Assembly: GCA_964521285.1 (NCBI GenBank)
Contig: CAZFQS010000004.1
Location: 8,115 to 72,114 of the forward strand
DNA: 64,000 nt
Direction of reading: 5' to 3'
Source of the DNA: an uncultured Bacteroidales bacterium
GTDB lineage: Bacteria > Bacteroidota > Bacteroidia > Bacteroidales > UBA10428
Shown piece by piece: positions 16,878-25,460 of this stretch. The translations under genes were made by a program, and so were the position numbers. The notes below the pieces were generated by a model, which did not search any database, had not been told where the DNA came from, and was given only the letters and a program-made list of their open reading frames with translations. Position 1 is the stretch's first letter. Each line of letters opens with the position of its first letter.

Positions 16878-19377
16878 ACTTCCCTTTCTTCCCCGTTAGA
16901 TCTTTCATTAATCCTGAATCAACAGACTTAAGATGCAGATCATGCTGTGGAAATGGTATCGTAATGCCGGCTGACTGTAATGCTTTATTCACAACAACAT
17001 TCACTTCACTCTGAATCCTTAATCTCTCATCGGCTTTATTAATCCAGAATAATAGCCTGAAATCAAGAGAGCTGCTGCCAAAACCTGTAAAAAGTGCAAG
17101 GGGTGCCGGCTCTTTAAGAACCTGGGGATGTCCGGAAGTAACATTCCTTAAAATGTCAAGTACCTTATCAGGATTAGTTCCATAAGCCACCCCTACCAAA
17201 ACCTCTGCCCTCCTCTGCCTGTCAGTTAGCGTCCAGTTAATCAATTCCTTTGATATAAGGTTGCCATTTGGGACAATAACCTCAGACCCTTCAAATGTGA
17301 ATATGGTGCTGGAACGAATCCCTATCTCCTTAACAGTACCCCAGAATTCGCCAACCTCTATTATATCACCTACCTGTATAGGGCGTTCAAAAGCCAGGAT
17401 AATACCTGAAACAAGGTTATTGAAAATATTCTGCAATCCAAAACCAATACCAACACCCAAAGCACCAAGCAGTATAGCCATCTTGCTCATATCCACACCG
17501 GCAGCAGCAATGGCAAATAAGAATCCTATCATGATGATTGTAATCCGCAGGATCAATGAAATTGCCCCGGGAACACCCCTCTTAAATTTAAATTTGGGCG
17601 CCACCTCACCCTCAACAATTATCCTGATAAGCTTTGATATCCATAAAGTAAGCCATATTATCAGAATGAAAACCAGTATATTGCCAAGAGATAAACTGAC
17701 AGTGCCAATTGATATGCTTTTGGTAAACAACCCTTGACCCCATTTATAGATGTCGTCCCAGATGGTAAACAAACTAAGTGTAAGAATTAACCATAAAATC
17801 GAGGATACAACGTTTACAATACCTACAATTCTTTTATAAATATTATCACCGTATTGCCTTATTACATTAAGTTTCTGTAGACTTTTACTGTTCATTGAAA
17901 TTATTATAATGCTGTTAAGAGTAAGACTTAAAGCATAAAATATAAGTATAAGTGCAGCACTGTTTATAGTTGCATAGGTGATAAATTCTGCCAAATGAAC
18001 TGCACCTGCGATAGCTGCCAGAATTGCAATACTTAAAAGAATAAAACTCAAAGTTGCCAGACCGTACATAATTTTTCCAAGTCTGAGAGATAATATATAT
18101 TCACGCACAGATTTGTTTTGCAGTATCCAGGCAAGGCATAACAAACCAAAAAGTATGATAAACATCAGGAAAATTCGGCTGAAAAGAGTATCTGTGAATA
18201 ACAGGCTGTGTACCTGGATCAGCACAACAGAAACTACAGTAAAATATGCAAACCTCCTTATTTTTCTTGTAAGAATCTCATTAAGAATGATTAAAACCGG
18301 AACAAGCAAGACAACCATATTGATAAGCTTGGCTGACTCAGGAATATTTTCATATAAAATATATGTCAGCAGAAAAGAAATAAGTATTATGGATGATACC
18401 GGCCGTCTTATTATCTTATTAATGGCCGCAGCCTGGGGAATTTCTTCTCCTGCTATGAAATGTTTAAGATTTTTAAAGGAGAAAAGTATAAATACAAGAA
18501 TTATGAGGAACAACATAAAGTGCAACAAGATTCTGAAAGAATAATTATGTACAAAGTCTTTTAATCTGGTCAGTGTATCATCAATAAAAGAACGTCTTTC
18601 CTTAAATATAACGGCTTCTTCCTTTGCTTTAAACACTTTCCATATGGGCGGTTGGTTAAGCTCAAAAAGCTTTTTGGTTGTAACCTCCTGGGCTAAATTT
18701 ATTTTTCCCAGTATTTCGTTGACAAAGATCAGGCCTCTGGAAACCTGGACAAGTCTTTCCTGTAAGAATTCGGAATCTGACTGGGAAAAGGATTGAAGCT
18801 GCTCCAGTTTTTCTATTGTGGTTCTTATTTGTTGAACTACCATATCAGGTGCCTTAATTTTTTCTGCTGCCAGTAAGGTATTTTGCCATATTGCATGCAT
18901 TTCTCCAAGCATGGTTATTTCATTTTCAAGTTTCTCGACGCGGCCCGTCAAATCACCCTGTTCATTCAGTAAAAGGGAATTTAGCAGAGACCACTCACTT
19001 TCGAGGTTAGAGAGATTCCTGAAGTTCAGGGATTCCATTTTATGTACCCCGGGATCTTCCCTGAGCAAGCTAATTCTGAATATCAGGGCGTCTGTTCTTG
19101 AGACAATAGCAGACTTATTACTTTCAGTTAAAAGATTTTTTTGTTTTTCCAGAATGAGAGAATTTGCCTCTGTTGCCTGCCTTGTTATTTCAGGTATAGG
19201 TATAGAGGTAATTTCCTGTCTTGCCGTATCAGCTGACGGTGTTGATTGTGCTAAAACATTATTCTGCAATAGAAGAATTTGGAATATTAAAAAAATCAAC
19301 CAGGCAATATAGCTGGTATATGTCAGGTATTTACAGGATATTTCAGGGTCAAGATTTTTTCTTTCAATTGATTTCAT
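16876..19377 (-). CDS. Large MscS-family mechanosensitive channel (MscK/KefA-like)
   Basis: An 833-aa product with an N-terminal coiled-coil region and roughly 10 TM helices. The C-terminal MscS core is present: 'LLGALGVGIGFGLQNIFNNLVSGIILAFERPIQVGDIIEVGEFWGTVKEIGIRSSTI'. Confidence 0.85.
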   Translation of the reverse strand: MKSIERKNLDPEISCKYLTYTSYIAWLIFLIFQILLLQNNVLAQSTPSADTARQEITSIPIPEITRQATEANSLILEKQKNLLTESNKSAIVSRTDALIFRISLLREDPGVHKMESLNFRNLSNLESEWSLLNSLLLNEQGDLTGRVEKLENEITMLGEMHAIWQNTLLAAEKIKAPDMVVQQIRTTIEKLEQLQSFSQSDSEFLQERLVQVSRGLIFVNEILGKINLAQEVTTKKLFELNQPPIWKVFKAKEEAVIFKERRSFIDDTLTRLKDFVHNYSFRILLHFMLFLIILVFILFSFKNLKHFIAGEEIPQAAAINKIIRRPVSSIILISFLLTYILYENIPESAKLINMVVLLVPVLIILNEILTRKIRRFAYFTVVSVVLIQVHSLLFTDTLFSRIFLMFIILFGLLCLAWILQNKSVREYILSLRLGKIMYGLATLSFILLSIAILAAIAGAVHLAEFITYATINSAALILIFYALSLTLNSIIIISMNSKSLQKLNVIRQYGDNIYKRIVGIVNVVSSILWLILTLSLFTIWDDIYKWGQGLFTKSISIGTVSLSLGNILVFILIIWLTLWISKLIRIIVEGEVAPKFKFKRGVPGAISLILRITIIMIGFLFAIAAAGVDMSKMAILLGALGVGIGFGLQNIFNNLVSGIILAFERPIQVGDIIEVGEFWGTVKEIGIRSSTIFTFEGSEVIVPNGNLISKELINWTLTDRQRRAEVLVGVAYGTNPDKVLDILRNVTSGHPQVLKEPAPLALFTGFGSSSLDFRLLFWINKADERLRIQSEVNVVVNKALQSAGITIPFPQHDLHLKSVDSGLMKDLTGKKGK

Positions 19378-19689
19378 AATCAGGGTATTATTTAGGATAT
19401 AGCTAAAATAATAAAATTAATCATTCCTTAATAAATAGGAATTTATTTAGCATACTTTTATTAAAATGAAAGAATATGGTACAATAAACTGCCAGTGAAC
19501 AAGTAGACAAGCTATGAGTTTCTCATGTCTTCTTTGCCAAAAAAAGACCGGATGGTTGTCATACAAATTAATGAAATTTTGAGGCACTTGTTTCTTAAAA
19601 ATAATAAGCTTAATTTTAGGTGAGGATTAATAAAATTTTCAGTTTAAAACACTTTCTGAAATTCATATTTAATAATTAATACAGAAAGT

Positions 19690-19926
19690 ATGGATAATTC
19701 AATCTGTCCCAAGTATGAAAAATGCCCGATTTTCACGGGTGAGTCATTTATGCTGGAAGGATCAGGCCAGGTTTATAAAAATTTATATTGTTTGGCTGGC
19801 CCTGATAGGTTTCAAATCTGCAAAAGGTACATAGTTTCTGAAAAAACGGGTTTACCCGTACCTAAAAATATTATGCCCAACAGTGAATTAAGTATAGAAG
19901 AAATAATCAGTAAAATAAAAAAATAA
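19690..19926 (+). CDS. Small Cys-containing hypothetical protein (78 aa)
   Basis: Stand-alone ORF with four Cys ('CPKYEKCP', 'YCLAG', 'ICKRY'). No family recognised. Confidence 0.35.
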   Translation: MDNSICPKYEKCPIFTGESFMLEGSGQVYKNLYCLAGPDRFQICKRYIVSEKTGLPVPKNIMPNSELSIEEIISKIKK

Positions 19927-20111
19927 TTAAGTGACAGGGATAAAGTTTAATTTTGATCACTTAATATCCAAAAACTTTTTAACAAAGAGATTTGCTATTA
20001 AGCAAATAATAAGAAATACAGATTGTTAATTTCTTTTTAGTCTGCATTCTTCAAATCGCACTGAAAAATCGTTTATTTTTAGTTCGGGTTTTTAATATAA
20101 TTATCAGAATA

Positions 20112-21518
20112 ATGAGTGGTTTTTTCGGTAGTATTTCAAAGCACGATTGTGTTTTTGATGTTTTCTACGGTACTGATTATCACTCCCACCTGGGCACAAA
20201 GAGAGCCGGTCTGGCTTACTTCTCAAAGGAAAAAGGATTTCAGCGTGCTATTCATAACATTGAAGACGGCTATTTCAGAAATAAATTCGAAAGCGATGTA
20301 AAAGGCTTTTCAGGAAATAGCGGAATTGGTGTTATCAGCGACACAGAGGCACAGCCTATTATGGTAACCTCACATATTGGCCGTTTTGCTGTTGCTACAG
20401 TCAGCAAGATTGTAAATATTGACGAACTTGAGGCTTACTTTCTGAAACAGAGGCGTACCTTTACAGAGATGAGTGATGGTAGTGTTAATCCTACTGAATT
20501 GATCACCATGCTTATTGCCGAGTGTGAAACCATTGAAGCTGGTATAGAAAACGTGTACGATAGAGTAAAGGGATCATGTTCGATGCTTATTCTCACTGAA
20601 GACAAGATTATTGCAGCACGTGATAAATTGGGCAGGACACCAATTATTATTGGTAAAAATGAAGACTCCTTCGCAGTAGGATTTGAGACCTGCTCATTTT
20701 CCAACCTTAATTACGAAGTAGTGAAGGTTATAGGACCCGGAGAGATAGTTCAGATTACTGCCGAAAGTTATGAACAGCTTAGAAAGCCGAATAAGAAGAT
20801 GCAGATATGCGCATTCCTTTGGGTATATTTTGGATATCCACCGTCGTTTTATGAAGGGGTTAATGTAGATGAATGCCGCTACCGATGTGGCGCAGCGCTG
20901 GCACGGAGAGATAAAACTGAGGCTGATTTTGTAGCCGGTATTCCTGATTCAGGTGTTGGCCATGCTTTGGGATACAGTAATGAAAGACGCATACCCCTTA
21001 AACGCCCGTATTCAAAATATACTCCTACGTGGCCACGCAGCTTTATGCCGCAAAGCCAGGAAATGAGAGACCTTGTTGCCAAAATGAAACTTATTCCAAA
21101 TAAATCACTTATTGAGGGAGGCAGAGGAATTTTTCTCGACGATTCAATAGTACGTGGTACACAGCTAAAGGATAACGTCCGGGATTTATATGCAGCAGGA
21201 ATAAAGGAAATACATATGCGTATTGCTTGTCCCCCTCTGACCTATACATGTGAATTCCTGAATTTCAGCCGCTCCCGGTCTCATCTTGACCTTGCCGCTC
21301 GAAAAGCAGTCAGGCAGCTTGAAGGGACAGAAGATATAGAAATGAAAGATTACTCGGATACTAAAAATGGCAAATATGCGGAAATGGTAGAGCAGATAAG
21401 GAAAAACCTCAATTTCACCAGCCTTATGTATCAAAAACTTAATGACCTTGTGGATGCTATAGGGCTTCCCAAAGAAAAACTATGTACCCATTGCTGGGAC
21501 GGCTCAAGTTATTATTAG
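20112..21518 (+). CDS. Amidophosphoribosyltransferase-like protein (PurF family) lacking the N-terminal Cys nucleophile
   Basis: The PRPP-binding loop is 'FLDDSIVRGTQLK'. Candidate [4Fe-4S] Cys residues sit at PurF-like positions ('QICAFLWVYFGYP', 'CPPLTYTCEF', 'CTHCWDG'). The N-terminus is 'MSGFFG' instead of 'MCGI(V/F)G', and the 'QHRGQ' position reads 'SHLGTK'. Confidence 0.75.
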   Translation: MSGFFGSISKHDCVFDVFYGTDYHSHLGTKRAGLAYFSKEKGFQRAIHNIEDGYFRNKFESDVKGFSGNSGIGVISDTEAQPIMVTSHIGRFAVATVSKIVNIDELEAYFLKQRRTFTEMSDGSVNPTELITMLIAECETIEAGIENVYDRVKGSCSMLILTEDKIIAARDKLGRTPIIIGKNEDSFAVGFETCSFSNLNYEVVKVIGPGEIVQITAESYEQLRKPNKKMQICAFLWVYFGYPPSFYEGVNVDECRYRCGAALARRDKTEADFVAGIPDSGVGHALGYSNERRIPLKRPYSKYTPTWPRSFMPQSQEMRDLVAKMKLIPNKSLIEGGRGIFLDDSIVRGTQLKDNVRDLYAAGIKEIHMRIACPPLTYTCEFLNFSRSRSHLDLAARKAVRQLEGTEDIEMKDYSDTKNGKYAEMVEQIRKNLNFTSLMYQKLNDLVDAIGLPKEKLCTHCWDGSSYY

Positions 21519-21575
21519 TACTATTCCCCATTATTCCCTATTTCCCTTACTCCTAATTCCCTAATCTTTACTCCT
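21519..21575. repeat. Pyrimidine-rich degenerate tandem repeat (tattcccc attattccc tatttccc ttactcc taattccc taatc tttactcc)
   Basis: Read directly from the sequence. It starts immediately after the purF-like stop and lies 60-115 nt upstream of the cupredoxin gene. Confidence 0.6.
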
Positions 21576-21635
21576 GAATTAAATAAACAATTCCCGGTTT
21601 ATATTGTTATAATACATTAACTTAAAATATGAATT

Positions 21636-22271
21636 ATGAAAGCAAGAATTATACTCTCATTATTATTAGCTGTCGGGTTGTACAGTTTAATATTTGCAAA
21701 AACTGTAACAGTAACAAACAGCGGAAATACTTTTACTCCCGATGAAATAACAATTGAGCTGGGTGACACCGTTATTTTTAGTCTTGGATCTATACATAAT
21801 GCTGTGGAAGTCAGTCAGGCCACATGGGAGGCTAATGGAAACGCTCCTAACGGAGGATTCAATATTGCATACGGAGGTGGAGAACTGGTATTAAGCACAG
21901 CTGGAACCTTTTATTATGTATGTACACCTCATGCTGCTCTGGGAATGAAAGGCATAATAACCGTCACCTCAACAATTACATCCTTAGAACAGGGTATTGT
22001 TGAAGACAATTCTGAAGCTATACTCAATGTATATCCAAATCCTGTATCTGATATGATGTATCTGACATTTGATGTAAATAAGCAGTCACGGATTAGTATT
22101 GATATTGTTGATATTACCGGTCGCACAACACAGAATCTAATAGATTCCGGGTACGAAACAGGTACATATTCTGAGAATGTAAGCCTCGGACATCTTAGGT
22201 CAGGCAAGTACTTTGTCATATATAAGTCAGAGTATGATAAGGCAGTTTGGCCTTTGCTATTAATAAAATAG
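21636..22271 (+). CDS. Secreted type-1 (blue) copper protein with a T9SS C-terminal sorting domain
   Basis: Signal peptide present. The cupredoxin ligand set is His in 'GSIHNAVEV' plus 'YYVCTPHAALGM' (C-x2-H-x4-M, as in plastocyanin). The C-terminal ~80 aa 'LNVYPNPVSDMMYLTF...GKYFVIY' matches the Por secretion-tail pattern. Confidence 0.75.
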   Translation: MKARIILSLLLAVGLYSLIFAKTVTVTNSGNTFTPDEITIELGDTVIFSLGSIHNAVEVSQATWEANGNAPNGGFNIAYGGGELVLSTAGTFYYVCTPHAALGMKGIITVTSTITSLEQGIVEDNSEAILNVYPNPVSDMMYLTFDVNKQSRISIDIVDITGRTTQNLIDSGYETGTYSENVSLGHLRSGKYFVIYKSEYDKAVWPLLLIK

Positions 22272-22346
22272 ATCAGTCATTTAAATATCATCTGTTATAC
22301 AATGGTATAAAGTGAGATAGTAAGTAGGCAGATAGTAAGTAAAGAT

Positions 22347-22378
22347 GGTCTAAGATTTTTTTCTTAGGCCCTTTTTTT
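22347..22378 (+). terminator. Intrinsic terminator downstream of the cupredoxin gene
   Basis: An 8-bp stem ggtctaag/cttaggcc (one G-U pair) with an 8-nt loop, followed by c + T7. Confidence 0.6.
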
Positions 22379-22384
22379 GTTTAA

Positions 22385-22415
22385 GGGGACTGCGCCCTAA
22401 AAGGGCGCTGTCCCC
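22385..22415. repeat. Palindromic element ggggacTgcgccc-taaaa-gggcgctgtcccc (full copy of a dispersed motif)
   Basis: 13-bp arms with one mismatch and a 5-nt loop, 5 nt beyond the stop of the minus-strand gene 22420..22950. Single arms of the same motif recur at 14335, 29919, 34163 and 34280. Confidence 0.7.
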
Positions 22416-22419
22416 TTCC

Positions 22420-22950
22420 CTATTCCCATTCCCTACCCGTTTCCTTATACAGTTTTTTAAGAAGTCTCCTCCCTATCACTTTTATTCCGCTGGAGCCTGT
22501 GGGGATCTGTTCTTCAATGGTGGCGATTAGTTCAATCTTTAGATCAGGCTCGAAGTCAGAGATTTTATATAAAAGCTCCATGCTGTAAGCCTTATTTGCT
22601 ATGGATGATTTGTCATTAAGAAGCATTTCAAAACAAGTTTCAACTAATATACCAAGTTGTTCCTCATTAAATTCTAATGTTGTTTCTGCCAGTATTTTCA
22701 TAAAATTTTTCCTCACACTTTCATTTTCAGGAAGCATATGTATTATTTTATTCAGATAGGGATCTATTAAGTGCTGATATTTCTGAACACAGAATATGGC
22801 AGCGCGCGAAGCCCTCATGGATATCTTTCCTTTTCCGCTGAATGCCAGAGCCATGAGTTTTTCAAAATGCTCAGGATTATCACCTACATTTTCAGCAACC
22901 ATCTCTGCAATTAATTTTGAACTATCCACAAGCTGAGATTCAAAGTCCAT
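22420..22950 (-). CDS. Hypothetical all-alpha (ARM/HEAT-like) protein
   Basis: A 176-aa helical-repeat-looking sequence. No catalytic motif recognised. Confidence 0.4.
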   Translation of the reverse strand: MDFESQLVDSSKLIAEMVAENVGDNPEHFEKLMALAFSGKGKISMRASRAAIFCVQKYQHLIDPYLNKIIHMLPENESVRKNFMKILAETTLEFNEEQLGILVETCFEMLLNDKSSIANKAYSMELLYKISDFEPDLKIELIATIEEQIPTGSSGIKVIGRRLLKKLYKETGREWE

Positions 22951-23024
22951 ATAAAAAAATATTTTATATTTGTTTTACTATAAATATTTTAATTTTAACG
23001 TCAAACTTAATAAAAATTAATCCT

Positions 23025-23285
23025 ATGATGAAAGCAAAAAAACCAACCGAACAGGAAATTAATGAAACCAGTTCCTGGGGAACATGGGGAAAAGAACCTT
23101 CTGAATTCCCGTGGTACTATGATGATAAAGAAACCTGTTATATACTTGAGGGTGAGGCAACAGTTACTGATAATAAAGGAAATAAAATTTCATTTGGTCC
23201 GGGTGACATGGTTGAATTTGAACGCGGTCTTGAATGTACCTGGAAAATCAACAAAACAATAAAGAAGAAGTACAAATTCGGGTAG
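23025..23285 (+). CDS. Small cupin (DUF861/cupin_3-like) protein
   Basis: 'WGTWGKEPSEFPWYYDDKETCYILEGEATVT...GDMVEFERGLECTWKI' fits the single-domain cupin_3 pattern. The start is placed at ATG 23025, because the track start at 22917 would overlap the divergent gene and encode low-complexity sequence. Confidence 0.6.
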   Translation: MMKAKKPTEQEINETSSWGTWGKEPSEFPWYYDDKETCYILEGEATVTDNKGNKISFGPGDMVEFERGLECTWKINKTIKKKYKFG

Positions 23286-23633
23286 TTAGTCAAAAAAATC
23301 AAAATATTTAATCTTAGTTTTTGCCTGATCTAATTTTTTTTTATTTATTTGACCTTGAATTTACAAATTATTTAAGTCAGCCAGCAAAAGGCAACATAAG
23401 ATTTAAAAACCTTATTTGAAATTATTATTAAAATAAGATCTTTATAAAGGAAGTTTTTTAAATCTTATTCTTTACACATTTTTCGACTACTGCTAAATCA
23501 ATTTTTTTCAGGGGCCATGTGATATTGCGGATTATTAACCGGTCTGAAGAATAACCGCGCTTTATTGCTGGTGGTTATAAAAAGTAGATGTGTTAAGTTG
23601 AAGCCCAACCTAAATCTCTATATATATCTGTGT

Positions 23634-23668
23634 AAAAAAAAGGGCCGCTTGTCTGCAGCCCTTTTTTT
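23634..23668. terminator. Bidirectional intrinsic terminator
   Basis: A8-gggcCgc-ttgtct-gcAgccc-T7: a GC-rich stem with one mismatch, flanked by an A-run and a T-run. It lies 90 nt downstream of the amrS stop on the minus strand and could also end a plus-strand transcript. Confidence 0.6.
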
Positions 23669-23690
23669 ATTAAAAGTTATTTTACTGGCT

Positions 23691-23760
23691 CAATAGAACA
23701 ATAGAACAATAGAACAATAGAACAATTCAGCAATTTAACAATAGAACAATACAACAATCT
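23691..23760. repeat. 8-bp tandem repeat, about 9 units (caatagaa x4 perfect, then caattcag, caatttaa, caatagaa, caatacaa, caatct)
   Basis: Read directly from the sequence. It abuts the stop codon of the radical SAM gene at 23759..23761. Confidence 0.85.
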
Positions 23761-24913
23761 ACTTCCACACTCCGGGTATATTTTCACCACAATACTTACA
23801 TTTATTGTCTGTAATATTATTTGCCACAATTTGATATCCCCGTCTTTCAATCAGCACCTTTTTGCATTTGGGGCAGTATGTGTTTTCTGCTTTGGCGCCA
23901 GGGACATTTCCTATGTAAACAAACTTAATTCCTGCTTTCAGGGCGATCTCTCTTGCTTTTTGAAGTGTTGCCACAGGTGTTGATGGTAGTTGTGTTAACT
24001 TGTACTGGGGATGAAACCTGCTAAAATGCAGGGGATAATTATATAAATTGTTATTATATAACCAGTCACACATTTTTTTAATCATGTCGAAATCATCTGT
24101 CCAGCTGGGAACAATAAGATTTGTTATCTCCAGCCATACACCTTCTTCACTGAGAACTTTAAGTGTGTTAAGAACAGGCTGCAATGTTCCCCCGTTAAGT
24201 TTAAGATATATGCTGTCGCTAAAAGATTTTAAATCAACATTTGCTGCATCTATATATTTTACAAGATCCCGTAAAGGTTTTTCATTAATATAACCTGCAG
24301 TTACCAAAACGTTTTTTATGCCCCTCTCTCTGGCAAGCTTTGATGAGTCGTAAGTATATTCATAAAAAGTAATGGGCTCCGAATAAGTGTAAGCTATGGA
24401 CTCACAATTATCTTTAGCTGCTCTCTCAACCAGTGCCCGTGGCATTAAATCATAGTTTTTGGTTTTGCGAGGTGAAGTCTGTGAAATGGTCCAGTTCTGA
24501 CAGTTCAGGCATGCAAGGTTGCACCCTGCAGTAGCTACTGAAAAAGAATTGCTTGCAGGTAAAAAGTGAAAGAGAGGTTTCTTTTCAATAGGATCAATAT
24601 GAACGGCACACGGATTACCATAGGCAATTGTATAGAGCTTTCCTCCCTCATTTACCCTGTTATTACATGTACTTAGTTCACCTTCCTTAAGTGTACACTC
24701 ATTAGGACAAATCAAGCATTTTACACCGCGCGCTGTCTGAGTATAATGAGATGCTTCCTTACTCCACTTCCAAAGGTCTTTGCCAGCAATACTCTTCCAG
24801 GAACCTGAATCTATATTGTTAGCAAAAAGCTTATTCTTAAAGCTCAGGCATATTCCTGTAACACCGAGAATCCCGGTTTTGATAAATTGGCGTTTATCTA
24901 TTCTGTTATTCAT
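23759..24913 (-). CDS. amrS: AmmeMemoRadiSam system radical SAM enzyme with a Tat-like N-terminal signal
   Basis: The N-terminal Cys-rich segment 'CLICPNECTLKEGELSTCNNR' is followed by the radical SAM motif in family context, 'ATAGCNLACLNCQNWTIS'. The C-terminus is a zinc ribbon 'CPKCKK...CKYCGE'. The N-terminus 'MNNRIDKRQFIKTGILGVTGICLSF..LFA' resembles a Tat signal (KR variant). Confidence 0.8.
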   Translation of the reverse strand: MNNRIDKRQFIKTGILGVTGICLSFKNKLFANNIDSGSWKSIAGKDLWKWSKEASHYTQTARGVKCLICPNECTLKEGELSTCNNRVNEGGKLYTIAYGNPCAVHIDPIEKKPLFHFLPASNSFSVATAGCNLACLNCQNWTISQTSPRKTKNYDLMPRALVERAAKDNCESIAYTYSEPITFYEYTYDSSKLARERGIKNVLVTAGYINEKPLRDLVKYIDAANVDLKSFSDSIYLKLNGGTLQPVLNTLKVLSEEGVWLEITNLIVPSWTDDFDMIKKMCDWLYNNNLYNYPLHFSRFHPQYKLTQLPSTPVATLQKAREIALKAGIKFVYIGNVPGAKAENTYCPKCKKVLIERRGYQIVANNITDNKCKYCGENIPGVWK

Positions 24914-25097
24914 TTAATTCTTTTTACATATTCATTACCACACATTTCCCAATCAGATAAAACTGATAAAGGAAGTAGCTATAAGCAAAATTATTAAATT
25001 CTTCACCAAATCATTATAATTTAACATTTAAACATTATATGTGCAATCTGACTGTTCCACCAGACGTCAGTGTTTCCGTACTTTGTTTAACCATACT

Positions 25098-25460
25098 TTA
25101 ACAGGTAATATGAAACATTCCGACCTTTGGTTCTCCTTTTCCGTTCCAAATCTTTATTGCATCAGGTGTGGGCTCACAGATTACCTTACAATTCTTTGAT
25201 TTAAAATAATTAAGAGCCTCCCTGGATAGCTCCAGTGCATTATACTGTCCGGCCCCTATTATCACGTATTTAGCACCTTCCTCATAAATGAATTTGGCTT
25301 CCTTTTTTGATACAATATGAGAAGTGCCGTATTTTTCCTTTGACAGCTTTTTTTTCCTCTTCTCTATTGTATTGTCAATCCTTATTATCACATCATTATC
25401 ATACTTGTTCCCGTTTATAGTTATTGAGCCGAACCTTGTATTATCAATTACCGGTTTCAT
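25098..25460 (-). CDS. Mth938-like (DUF498) domain protein
   Basis: 'FGSITINGNKYDNDVII', 'KYGTSH', 'VIIGAGQYNAL' and 'EPTPDAIKIWN' match the MTH938/NDUFAF3-type fold pattern. Confidence 0.6.
   Translation of the reverse strand: MKPVIDNTRFGSITINGNKYDNDVIIRIDNTIEKRKKKLSKEKYGTSHIVSKKEAKFIYEEGAKYVIIGAGQYNALELSREALNYFKSKNCKVICEPTPDAIKIWNGKGEPKVGMFHITC

Noticed and set aside
19927-19964. The inverted repeat TTAAGTGA-N22-TCACTTAA immediately after the 78-aa ORF, as an intrinsic terminator.
   Set aside because: The loop is very large, the stem is AT-rich, and no T-tract follows. It could be a protein-binding palindrome, but the evidence is too weak to call a feature.
22917-23024. The long N-terminal extension of the cupin ORF (track start 22917).
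   Set aside because: The extension overlaps the start of the divergent gene 22420..22950 and translates to AT-rich low-complexity sequence ('ICFTINILILTSNLIKIN'). The ATG at 23025 gives a protein of normal cupin_3 size.
23691-23760. The tandem repeat as a CRISPR array.
   Set aside because: The units are only 8 bp and contiguous with no spacers. No cas genes are in the window. It is a simple tandem repeat.
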